Shown here: one piece after another, positions 53,376-64,000 of the stretch
How the letters are laid out: the number at the start of each line of letters is the position of its first letter
How positions within the stretch are numbered: the first letter of the stretch is position 1
Assembly: GCF_009914755.1 (NCBI RefSeq)
Contig: NC_060928.1
Origin: the human T2T-CHM13v2.0 reference genome, Homo sapiens
Direction: 5' to 3' (one strand)
DNA length: 64,000 nt
The notes under the pieces: generated by a model
What the model saw: the letters and a program-made list of their open reading frames with translations, nothing else
Told to the model about the DNA's origin: nothing
Databases searched by the model: none
Made by a program: the position numbers and the translations under genes

Positions 53376-53965
53376 TAAGAAAGAAATAATACAGGGTGGT
53401 CACAGGAGAATAGAATATTTCACGCAGCAGTTTCACATGACTAGCAAGAGGAAACAGTTGAAATAGCTGCATAAACTCGGGGCTGATAAGAGCCTGAAAA
53501 ACCAGAATGTGGGTCAAGCTGGCCAAGACGGACTGGACGCAACATGGCACTGGATTTGACCTAGGTTTCACCTATGACTTCATCATATGCTCATTTACAT
53601 ACTAAATAATACGACCACCAGCTCCATGACTGTTCCTGGAATACCCATATTTGGTGTTAAAATGGGTGGCATCACAGTTCTGAGAAATCGTTACTTCTTT
53701 CTAGGAATACTTATGAATATCCCACCCCTTGGTTAAAGTAATTCATAAAGGTAGAGACCTCAAACTCCATTGCAAAACCCCCTTGAGTATATCTGCACTC
53801 TCCTTTCTTGAGTGCGTAGTTTTCTCTTTGCAATAAATCTTTGTACTTTAACTATTTTCCAACTCATCCTTGAATTCCTTCTTGCAACGGTGCCAAGAAC
53901 CTGGACACCAGCTGGTATTGAGGTCCCATCAGTATTTAGGGACCTCTCCTAAAACATCAGTATCA
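53376..53965 (+). mobile_element. MER41-family (MER41E-like) ERV1 solo LTR nested in MER4D
   Basis: 590 bp interrupting MER4D at cttaa; TSD ttaa/tcaa; MER41-like core (ccaccagctccatgac, atgaatatcccacccctt); caataaa at ~53831. Confidence 0.72.
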
Positions 53966-54178
53966 TCAATACTGGCAAAACAGACTCTGTAGCAATAAAA
54001 TACCAAATTCCAACCTGACTCTAGTATAGCATCACATGACAGGTAGCAGGCCCTGGAAGAAATCAAAATATTCTACCACAAAATATATTTATTTGACATA
54101 TTTTAAAATGGCCCTGCAAAGCTTTCTCTAGTGAGGGAAATTTACATTTTGTAGAGCATCATTTTCCCTTTCCAGGTC

Positions 54179-54484
<306 letters not shown>

Positions 54485-55073
54485 TTCCAGATCTTTTTTG
54501 ATTCTGAAAAGATTAGCTGAGAGTCTAGCACCTTTTAAAGGTGTGAATAGGAAACATTTGCCATCTATTGCTTCTAAGGGTGGGCACCTATGAAACTCCA
54601 TCTACATAATAAGAACCTTGGTCTCCACCAACCCTTATCTCTTAACCCAGACACCTTTCTATTGATTTCTGTCTTTAGATAATAACTTAACTCTTTCAAA
54701 CAATTACCAACCAGAAAAAAAATCTTTGAATCCACCTGTGACTTTCAAGTGCCTTCTCTCCCTGCCACTACTTCAAGTTGTCCCACCTTTCCAGACAGAA
54801 ACAATGTACAACTTACATGTATTAATTGATGTCTTTTATCTCCCTAAAACATATAAAGCCAGGCTGTAACCCAATCACCTAGAGCACATGTTCTCAGGAC
54901 CTCTTGAGACTGTGCCTCAGGCCAAGGTCACTCATATTTGGCTCAGAATAAACCTCTTTATATATTTTACAGAGTTTGACTCTTTTCATCAACAAAGTAG
55001 TGAAATGAAATTTCTATCCCCATCCTTGAGAGAGACATATATGTATTTATATGTAAAATATATAGAGAATATA

Positions 55074-55414
55074 CACCCACGTGTTGCTTAATGAGGGAGA
55101 TACATTCTGAGAAATGTGTTGTTAGGTGATTTTATCATTGTGTGAACATCACAGAGTGAAATGAGAAAAACTAGGCATTATAGCCTACGACACACCTAGG
55201 ATTCATGGTCTTGCCTGTTGCTCCTAAACTACAAACCTGTGCAGTATGTTACTGTACTGAATATTCTAGACAATTGTAACACGATGGGAAGTATTTTTGT
55301 ATTTAAACATGTAAACATAGAAAAGGTACAGTAGAAGTATGGTGTTATAACCTTGTGGGACTACCATTGTGTATGCAATTTCTCATTGAAACATCATAAT
55401 GTGGTGCATGGCTG
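55074..55414 (-). mobile_element. Tigger3a (MER7A) TcMar DNA transposon
   Basis: gatacattctgagaaatgtgttgttaggtgatttt...ctacaaacctgtgcagtatgttactgtactgaata...catagaaaaggtacagta; ~340 bp with degenerate TIRs. Confidence 0.85.
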
Positions 55415-55450
55415 TGTGTGTGTGTGTGTGTGTGTATACACACACACATA
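55413..55450 (+). repeat. (TG)n-TA-(CA)n microsatellite
   Basis: tgtgtgtgtgtgtgtgtgtgtgtatacacacacacata. Confidence 0.9.
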
Positions 55451-55684
55451 TATTTTCTACGTTGACGTATATATCAACATATATGCCAAATATATATTTT
55501 TTTTCTGTGTTTTCATGGAAGCTTTTTAGTGAAAATGTGTTGAAACTGCTGAAAGAAAAAGGGAAGAGGCCTTTTACTTTCAGTTTAATTAGTGGGTGAT
55601 TGTGAGGGGTGCTTTTTTCCCTTTTTTAAACCTATATGATTGGAATTTCTATTTCCTTCTACAAATGATATACAGAGGCTTAAA

Positions 55685-56217
55685 TGCAGTGGTAAATTTT
55701 ATGTGTCAAGTTGACTGGCCCCTAAGATGCCCATAGGGCTGGTAAAAGATGATTTCTGGGTGTGTGAGGGTATTTCCCAAACAGATCAGCATTTGAGTCA
55801 GCTGAGGGGAGAATATCACCCTCCACAATGTGGGTGAGCATCATCCAATCCACTGAGGGCCCACAAAGATCAACAAGACTGAGGAAGGGTGAACTCCCTC
55901 TCTTTCTACCACTTCTTAACTGGGACATCCATCTTTTACTGCCCTGAAACATCAACATTCTGGTTTTCAGGCCTTTATACTCCAAGCCTTACACCTTTGA
56001 TCCAGATTTGCAGGCCTTTGGATTCAGACTAGGAGTTTCACCGTCAGCTCCCCTGGGTCAGACTTTTGGACTCAGACTGAATTAGACCTCAGGGTTTCCT
56101 GTTTCTCCAGCTGTAGATGAGAGACCAAGAAACTTTTCAGTCTCCGTGATCACATGAGCCAATTCTCAAAATGAATACATATTAATTTTGTTTCTCTGGA
56201 GAATCCTGACTAATACA
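55685..56217 (+). mobile_element. MLT2B-type (ERVL) solo LTR
   Basis: tgcagtggtaaattttatgtgtcaagttgactgg...gtttctctggagaatcctgactaataca. Confidence 0.88.
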
Positions 56218-57349
56218 TGAAGTAATTAACATTTTCCACAATCATGGTGCTGTATCACCTTGGAATTAGGTAGAATCTTTTACCTGGCTCTGGAATATGT
56301 GTGGCAAGAAGCAAAACTCTATAAGAGAATTGTTTCTATTGGAATTAAAATGCCGCAAAGATCCTTTAAGACTGAAGTATATTTCCTCAAGTAAAAAAAG
56401 AAAAGATCTATATCATCAGTTGGAAGTAAACTGATTTTGTTCTCTCAAGGGTTGGACAATTAGATCTATGTCTCGTGCATATAGAGAGGGTAAGTAAATC
56501 TATAAAAGCAGGCGACAACACTATTCAAAACACTAAGGCTCTCAGCTCTGACTTAAACCAAGTAGATCAATCTCTACCTTAATAAGAAATAGTGTAGCTT
56601 CTTTCAATATGTTGTAAATTATTAAAACAATGTTTGCAGAGCCTGAATTTCCCTGAAGTGTATTTTGATATAAATGTCATTTTGTTGATGCTGCTTGCTG
56701 ACCATCACTTGCCATTTTCCTTTACAACAATCCACATTTTTGTATGTTTAATAATTAAATTAATTTGATTTAAATGGTTGCTGTCTACTGGGCAAAAGGA
56801 CATATTTTTGCCAGTGTATGATCCATAATGTTGAATGGCAAATTGGTCTGAGTGCTTCTTTTTTTCTGTCAAGAAGCAAAAACATTTTAAAAATAATATT
56901 GCAGGGATAATGTAGAGGGAGGGGATTTTTATTACTACTTCTACTTTCACTATCATCATGAGATTTCTATCAAAGTTTAGTCATTAAGGGAAATTAAACC
57001 ATCTCAATTCTTATCCATGTTGCCAAGTGAGTTTTTCAACTATACATATAATTTTGTTCTTCATGTTCTTCCTCCATTTCTCTTTTCCTTTCAAATTCAT
57101 TGCTGGAGAGAAAGAAAGAGAGAAAAAGGGAATTGATATTGCACATGGATTTATTTGTCCATTTAAGTACATCTACTTTATGATAGCCAGAGGAATCATT
57201 TATGCGTCACCAAATGAAGATCTCAAGGAGTTGATCTGTACTTGTTGAAGCTTAAGTCATTCAAGAAATATTATTTTAATGAACACAGCATTCATACTTG
57301 TTTGGGTTAACATATCATTTTTCAGTCCATTAAGATCAATCCTAGTAAA

Positions 57350-57599
57350 AAGATGCAAGATTTAGCAAATACAAGTAGAGAATATCTAGTTAAATTTAAA
57401 TTTCAAGTACACAAAAATACAACTTTAGTATATCTCTATCTCTATCTATCTGTCTATCTATCTATCTATCTATCTATATATATATATATATATATATATC
57501 TCCCAAATATTGCATGGGACATAGGTAAACTAAAAATGTATTTATTGTTTATCTGAACTTCAAATTTATCAGGACACTCTGTATTTTTTCTGGCTACAC
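57350..57599 (+). mobile_element. MER53 palindromic hAT MITE with embedded (TCTA)n/(TA)n microsatellite
   Basis: agatttagcaaata...agttaaatttaaatttca...tcccaaatattgcatgggacata...ttgtttatctgaacttcaaattt. Confidence 0.82.
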
Positions 57600-57721
57600 A
57601 ATTCTGGAACCACTACGCACAGAGCTGGGGCCACTTGTCTCTACTCTCCATTAGCTAGCTAGCTGTTACTGCCTTACTGTCAAATTCTGATAAATACACA
57701 ATAGATGAGAAATAGGTAAGT

Positions 57722-58018
57722 GTCCAGGCATGGTGGCTCACACTTGTAGTCCCAGTACTTTGGGAGGCTGAGGTGAAGGGATTTCTTGAGCCCAGGAATT
57801 TAAGACCAGCCTGGGTAACATGGCAAGACCTCGTATCTACAGAAAATTGAAAATACATTAGCTGAGTATGGTGGTACACGCCTGCGGTCCCAGCTACTCA
57901 GGAAAATTAGGAAGGAGGATCACTTGAGCCCAGGAGGTAAAGGCTGCAGTGATCCATACTTGTACCACTGCACTACAGCCTGGGCAACGGAGTGATGCCA
58001 TGTCAAAAAAAAATAAAA
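57722..58018 (+). mobile_element. AluJ
   Basis: cttgagcccaggaatttaagaccagcctgggtaacatggcaagacc; ggaggatcacttgagcccaggagg...ggctgcagtga. Confidence 0.9.
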
Positions 58019-58019
58019 T

Positions 58020-58162
58020 GAAGGGAACAAAAGAAAGAAAAATAAAGAAAGAAAGAAGGAAAGGAAGGAAGGAAGGAAGAAAAAGAAAAAGAAAAAGAAA
58101 GAGGGAAGAAGGAAGGAAGGAAGCAAGGAAGGAAGGGAGGGAGGAAAAGAAGGAAGGAAGAG
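58020..58162 (+). repeat. Polypurine (GAAA/GGAA) tract extending the AluJ tail
   Basis: ~140 bp almost exclusively A/G. Confidence 0.9.
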
Positions 58163-59895
58163 CCAGGGGTGTGTCATACTTTCACTTTTCTTCTATTCCT
58201 GCAAACAAATGTTTTATATTCAAAATTCTAAAGGAGTTTTATCCCTAGATACATATCTGTCACCCTACCCACTCATTCCAAGGAGCCAAGCAGAATATTC
58301 CTTCTAATTCTGTACTCAGTCTGAAAAGCAAAAGGTTCTTAAGACAGTCATCTAGAATGTCACAGTCATCATTTCAGTGGCATAAAATATGGATATACTT
58401 GGATGACTGCAATATTTAGCTGCTTGTCAGACTTTCAAGTAAACTCATTGTAAAAATTTCTGATTTCCTAGTATATGTATGCTACTGACTATATTTTCTC
58501 CCCGACTTTTTGTAGGTAAAACTGGTACTATTATTACTAGTATGCATTAAGAGAATGGGAGCATGGGCAGTCTTTTGTCTTCTAATCAGAAATATAAATC
58601 AATTGAGAAATGAACATTTGAGAGGTTAGAATATGTCAGGCACTATGCCATGAATTTATCAATGATTTGTGATTTCATGATTATCTCTTTTAATTTTTAA
58701 CTCAGTTGTCTTATACTTCCAGGATTTTGATCATGTTGCTCTCTCTGCCCCTCTTATACCTGTCTTATATCATCTCTCTTTACCCTTTGGGACCTAGTTC
58801 AAGTACCACCACCTCTAGGTAGTCTTCTAAACCCATTTCAGCTGGTTTGGGAGGCATTTGTCTGTGCTTTCCTCTCCATTGTAAAAGTCACTTCTTTTCT
58901 GGCACTGGGTCGTGAGATCATGAAGCTTTGGTTACATATGTTGAGGGGCACCCCCCTAGTGCTTGTCATCCCAGGCTCCCTTCTCTGAATAACTGCCTGA
59001 TCTATAGTCCAGAGTTTTCTTATGCACAAGAGTTTATTCACTCTATCTGCGACCTTAACCCATGCAGAGTTGATTTAGTGGAGATCTCCCAAAGATGAGG
59101 GATTGTCTGGGGCTTGGCCTAAGACATATTCCTATATGATTGATTTTGAGAGGGTCTATCAGGCTAGTTGGGTTAATTAGATCCTCTCTCAGACCTACTG
59201 ATACAGATAAGGAGAGAATAGCTGAGTTACACTAGTGCCAGATATCTACAGTACTATATGGTAAATTCACCTGCTGCTCAAGAGACAGGGGAAAAAATAT
59301 TGTTATTGCAGCTAGGCATTCTGTTTGACCCTCACTTTTTTTAGCAAAGCTATCCTTGACCCCAAACTATGTTAAGCCCACCGATACATGCACTCTTGTT
59401 AAGTTTCACTGTTTTAAACTATGTATTTATTTGCATGATTAATATCTTCCTCTCTATAAAGCTGTATTAGGTAGAAGTGGATTTGTGCTTCCAGTCCAGA
59501 CATTCAAAAAGATACACAGCTGAATGAATGTTGAATGACCTGTTATTTTCATCATACTCTTCTCCAAACAGCTGGTAAATTCCTACCTACTAAATTTTAC
59601 TTAAAACAAAAATCCCTCTGCTTAGAACGGTTTTAGAAATACGTGTTGAAATAGTGACATCAGTTAAGCCCTAGTGCCCATCCTTCCTCCCTTCACACAC
59701 ATTCATGGATTTCCTAGCCACCCAGGATTCTTACATCTGTGAATTCAGAACATTTATTATTTTTATTATTTTAAATGCCAGAGATATTCTGTCTTTCATT
59801 GTATGTGTATGCACATAACAAATTGACAACTTCCTGCTGTAAAATGATTATTTCATCTGTAATACACCACAGCAACTATAACTTACTCTTACCTA

Positions 59896-60207
<312 letters not shown>

Positions 60208-60284
60208 GGTATAACATGATCTGTTTGTTGACTGATACCTGATACGTGTTTTAAAATGAGCATAATTTTGGCCTTTTCTTTTTT

Positions 60285-60748
60285 TAATGAATATTTATTG
60301 AGCCTAATTTTCCACTTAGAGCAAAAGTCCAGGGAGGTTGTCAAGTTCAAGACAGCTAGCTTATTTTATATAACAATCAGTGTTCTGAAGAGAATACACT
60401 GGAGCAAGGAGATAGAGAATTACTCAGCCAGGCAGGGAAGGTCAACTCCAGAGTGAGTGGTTGCTGAAAGCCATTTGAACTGAAAACAGCTTTACAAGAA
60501 GACCTTACTATGCCTTGCTCTGGGGATAAAGCATGCCAGGCAGAGGGTATATAGCATATGCAAAGATCCTGAGGGCATAAGAACCTGGCCTTCTTAAGGA
60601 GCAAACATAACATCAGGGAGTCTGAATCATTGTAAGTAATAGTGAAAGTAGGAACAAGGTGAGATAAAGGAAAGATCAAGGAAAGCTTTGTAGGCTGTGG
60701 CAAGGCATTTGGATCTTATTTTATACTGGCTGGAAAGCCATTAGGGGT
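60285..60748 (-). mobile_element. L2 fragment
   Basis: atgaatatttattgagc...gcatgccaggcagagggtatatagcatatgcaaagatcctgagg...tttggatcttatt...ggaaagccatt. Confidence 0.7.
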
Positions 60749-60907
60749 TAGTACACATTTGTATACATTTGTACAAACTGAAGTTTTTGTACATGCATAA
60801 TATTTATTAAGCATCTCCTATATACTAAAAACTATTTGCAACCATTGCAATCAGAGATAATTTAAATAGAGACACTCCCTTCTAAAAAACCCCACAATCT
60901 ATTAGAG

Positions 60908-60909
<2 letters not shown>

Positions 60910-60952
<43 letters not shown>
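60910..60952 (+). repeat. Perfect (CA)n microsatellite, ~21 units
   Basis: Uninterrupted acacac run. Confidence 0.97.
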
Positions 60953-60953
<1 letters not shown>

Positions 60954-61039
60954 GCTACTTTGTATACTTAGAATGTAATAAGTGCTATATTAGAGACAGA
61001 CTAAACTGTTAAGCCCAAGAGGGCAGAAGCATCTTCTGA

Positions 61040-61115
61040 CTTGCTTATTTATGTTTTCTCAGCTTATAACACAGTGGCTGGCACACAGTAGGTACTCAAT
61101 AACTGTCTATTGAAG
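61040..61115 (+). mobile_element. L2 3' end
   Basis: aacacagtggctggcacacagtaggtactcaataactgtctattgaa. Confidence 0.7.
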
Positions 61116-61899
61116 AAAACAAAGAGAGAGGAAATATGGTAAATAAGGACATAAGTATGTAGGTATGGATTCTGTCTAGGAATAAAATATGCGTAGTTCA
61201 GCTTTTCTATTTGCTTTCTATGAGGGCTCATTCTGTGAACTGACACAGAGTTTATCTAATCTTCATTTTTCCCTGAATAAATCATGTCCTACAGTTATGG
61301 AGGCATCACCATTACAGGACCAAGGATTTTCAGTGGTAAATGTAGAAAAAGCTATCATGGATGTCCCAGGTGGGAGATTATATCAGCCAGTCCACTTATC
61401 TAGAGCTTGGGTGACATAAATGGACCTCACAAACACCGGGAATTTGCTTGACAGGCTTTGTGGAAATGCCAGCTAGCCTGACAAGTGCTTTATCGTGGGA
61501 AGTATGGGTGATAGTGATAAAGCTGAGGACATTGTAAAAAAGTGGGGACACACTAAAGAGTGTCACTGAGAAACAGAGTCAGGGAAGAGGAAAGAAGGCT
61601 AGGAGGAAGGCCTAAGGATTGCAGGGGGAAATCTTGGAAACTGAATACTTGACCTGAATAACTAATCAGAAGGAAGGAAATATGTATGTAAATCTTGAAG
61701 TGCCTCCTACAAGAAACCAAATACTGAGAAGGCAGCTCCTTGTAGTGTTTGTGAGCGAGTCACTGTGATTTTCATTAGGACCCCAGAGGCAGCCGTGCAG
61801 TGAAAGTATTTACCATTGCTTCCTTCTCCCTTCTCCAGCAACAACTGAAGAATGGCAGCAGCAATTGTATTCTGGGAGAGGACCAGGGGGAGTATAGAC

Positions 61900-62060
61900 C
61901 CTCAGAACTAGAAGACTGCTTAAAGATCATCTGTTTCAAACTTTCATTCCACAGACAAGGCAACTTAGGGTGAGAGATGTCAAGCAACTTGCCATGGTCA
62001 CTTTTTTGCTTCACCAGATGAGCCAATAAGAGAATCCAGGTCTCTTGATTCTAGTCCAAA
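61900..62060 (-). mobile_element. MIR3/MIR fragment
   Basis: agaactagaagactgcttaaagatcatct...caacttgccatggtcac...agaatccaggtctcttgattctagtcca. Confidence 0.7.
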
Positions 62061-62429
62061 ATGTTTCTGGGCAACAGTGGAGCCCCAGCTGCTTTTTAAA
62101 GCATGGTGATCTGAAGGCAATTTGGCTTGAAGAGGCGCAAGGAGTGGTCAAGTGAGCTGGAATTCTTCAGCCTGTTCATTGGTCAATAACTGTGTTTATT
62201 GTTTAAACATAAATAGCATGAGGTAAGGTTTAGGGATGAAGGCTCAATGGTTAAGTGAGAAACCAAAAATCCTTAGAGACCATTCTAACCAATAACCTTA
62301 ACTTCCTACATATATCATATTAATTTCCTACATATATCAACTTTGAGTTGTACTCACTTCATGCAAATCTTAAAACTAAGCTGGCATGGAAGGTATTAAT
62401 TAGTCACTGTGTGGTTAACTAGTCTACTA

Positions 62430-62580
62430 TAAAGTGGTGAAAAGCCATGGCATGGATCCTAGATTTCAAACAGACCTGTGTTTTGAGCTTGACTCTGCCC
62501 CGTATAAGTTATGAAATCTTGAGAGGAGATCTCATAATTTGTGCCTCAGTTTCCTTCAGTGTAAGATGAGATTAATGGCC
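62430..62580 (+). mobile_element. MIR fragment
   Basis: cagacctgtgttttgagcttgactctgcc...tgtgcctcagtttccttcagtgtaagatgag. Confidence 0.65.
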
Positions 62581-63512
62581 CTGAATAATGATTATCATAA
62601 TGCTTGGTTATCGTATAAAATAACATAAATACATGCATATACACATATGTACATGTGACAGCCAATAGCAGATGTTAAAATATTCATTGATGTTTATTAT
62701 AAAAATAGGGCAAAATTATAAAGCTGAGTCAGTACCCACACTGGCAATATTGCTTCGCACTTTAGAGAATTTGATAATTTTGGAGTGAATTTTCAAATTA
62801 CAAGGATCTATGTTCTTGGTTTTCTCCCTTACTAGTTATTTGAACACCGGACAAGTTACCTAGTAAGTATAAACATTCCTTATCATTAAAAAAAGGTGAC
62901 AGAAGAAATGGGAACTTAGGGAGTAAGGTGCTATGAGGCTTACATTAGTTAGCCATGTAAAAGTTAGTATTGTGCCTGTCTCAGCTGTAACTATTATTAT
63001 TTTTATTCACAGGAAGTTGCTTTCAGCCTTTCAGAACATGGTGCTATCTGAGACCGGGTGTTATAAGGAAGAAAGCATGACTTTGAGACAAAGTTTCCCT
63101 CTCTACCTCTGCTTCTTTCCCTTCTTATCATCACTAATGTTTTCCTAAAAGGCAGGCAGTTAGAGAACGGGCTACGGCATCATTTCAAAGGACTCAGAGC
63201 TTATAACCAAGCCACGCACAACATCCAATGAAAAAACTGGATTACTTGATGGGATTTGTCATGTACAAGCTTGAAGACAATGTATGAGTGTTATATTATT
63301 CTCATGTTTCCATAAAACCCAATATAAAAGAAAAAATGTTTTCCCCTGGCTAAGATTATATTTCTATCTCAGATCTAAGGTTGCATACACAGGAAGAAAG
63401 GTCTCTTCTCTTTGTTTTCAGATGAGGAACCAGAACAGACAGCATTCCACACTCTTTAGAGGCAGAGCTGGGGCTAAAATTTGGGATTCTATTAAGATGT
63501 TTGCATTGGATC

Positions 63513-63796
<284 letters not shown>

Positions 63797-64000
63797 AAGA
63801 TGTTTGCATTGGATCACGCTGAATTCATAAATTTCCCTTCTCTTAAACAATTGGTATGGAATGTAATTAGACTGAATAAATAACCAGACATTTAATTTCA
63901 TGCATATATCTACCTCTTTTGGAAGATACTTTATGAAAGCTGTTCATTCAACATTGAATCCAGGCTCATGAGAATTCTGCAGAATGGAATTATCATCCTT

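Overview
AT-rich, CpG-depleted primate nuclear DNA. AluY/AluS/AluJ, L1PA, THE1 and HERV LTRs indicate a catarrhine, probably human or great ape. The window is intergenic or deep-intronic: I recognise no protein-coding exon, CpG island, tRNA or CRISPR array. The recognisable ORFs in the track are L1 ORF2 remnants, Alu/LTR read-throughs or low-complexity sequence, and the rest resemble nothing I know. Much of the window is interspersed repeat (L1, L2, MIR, Alu, MaLR/ERV1/ERVL solo LTRs, hAT and Tigger fossils), often nested. Repeat families were assigned from remembered consensus sequences, not a search. Most notable: (1) an antisense 5S rRNA fragment fused by microhomology to the 5' end of a truncated L1PA, a probable inverted small-RNA/L1 chimera; (2) a perfect 45-bp-arm palindrome overlapping an older ~90-nt hairpin; (3) a ~790-bp AT-rich minisatellite of palindromic units grown from an AluY tail; (4) a MER41-type LTR with three clustered STAT/GAS sites nested in MER4D; (5) an HERV-W solo LTR inside an Alu; (6) a good CTCF motif between two candidate non-coding exons; (7) several small fold-back/template-switch scars. 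I find no evidence for a new protein-coding system.
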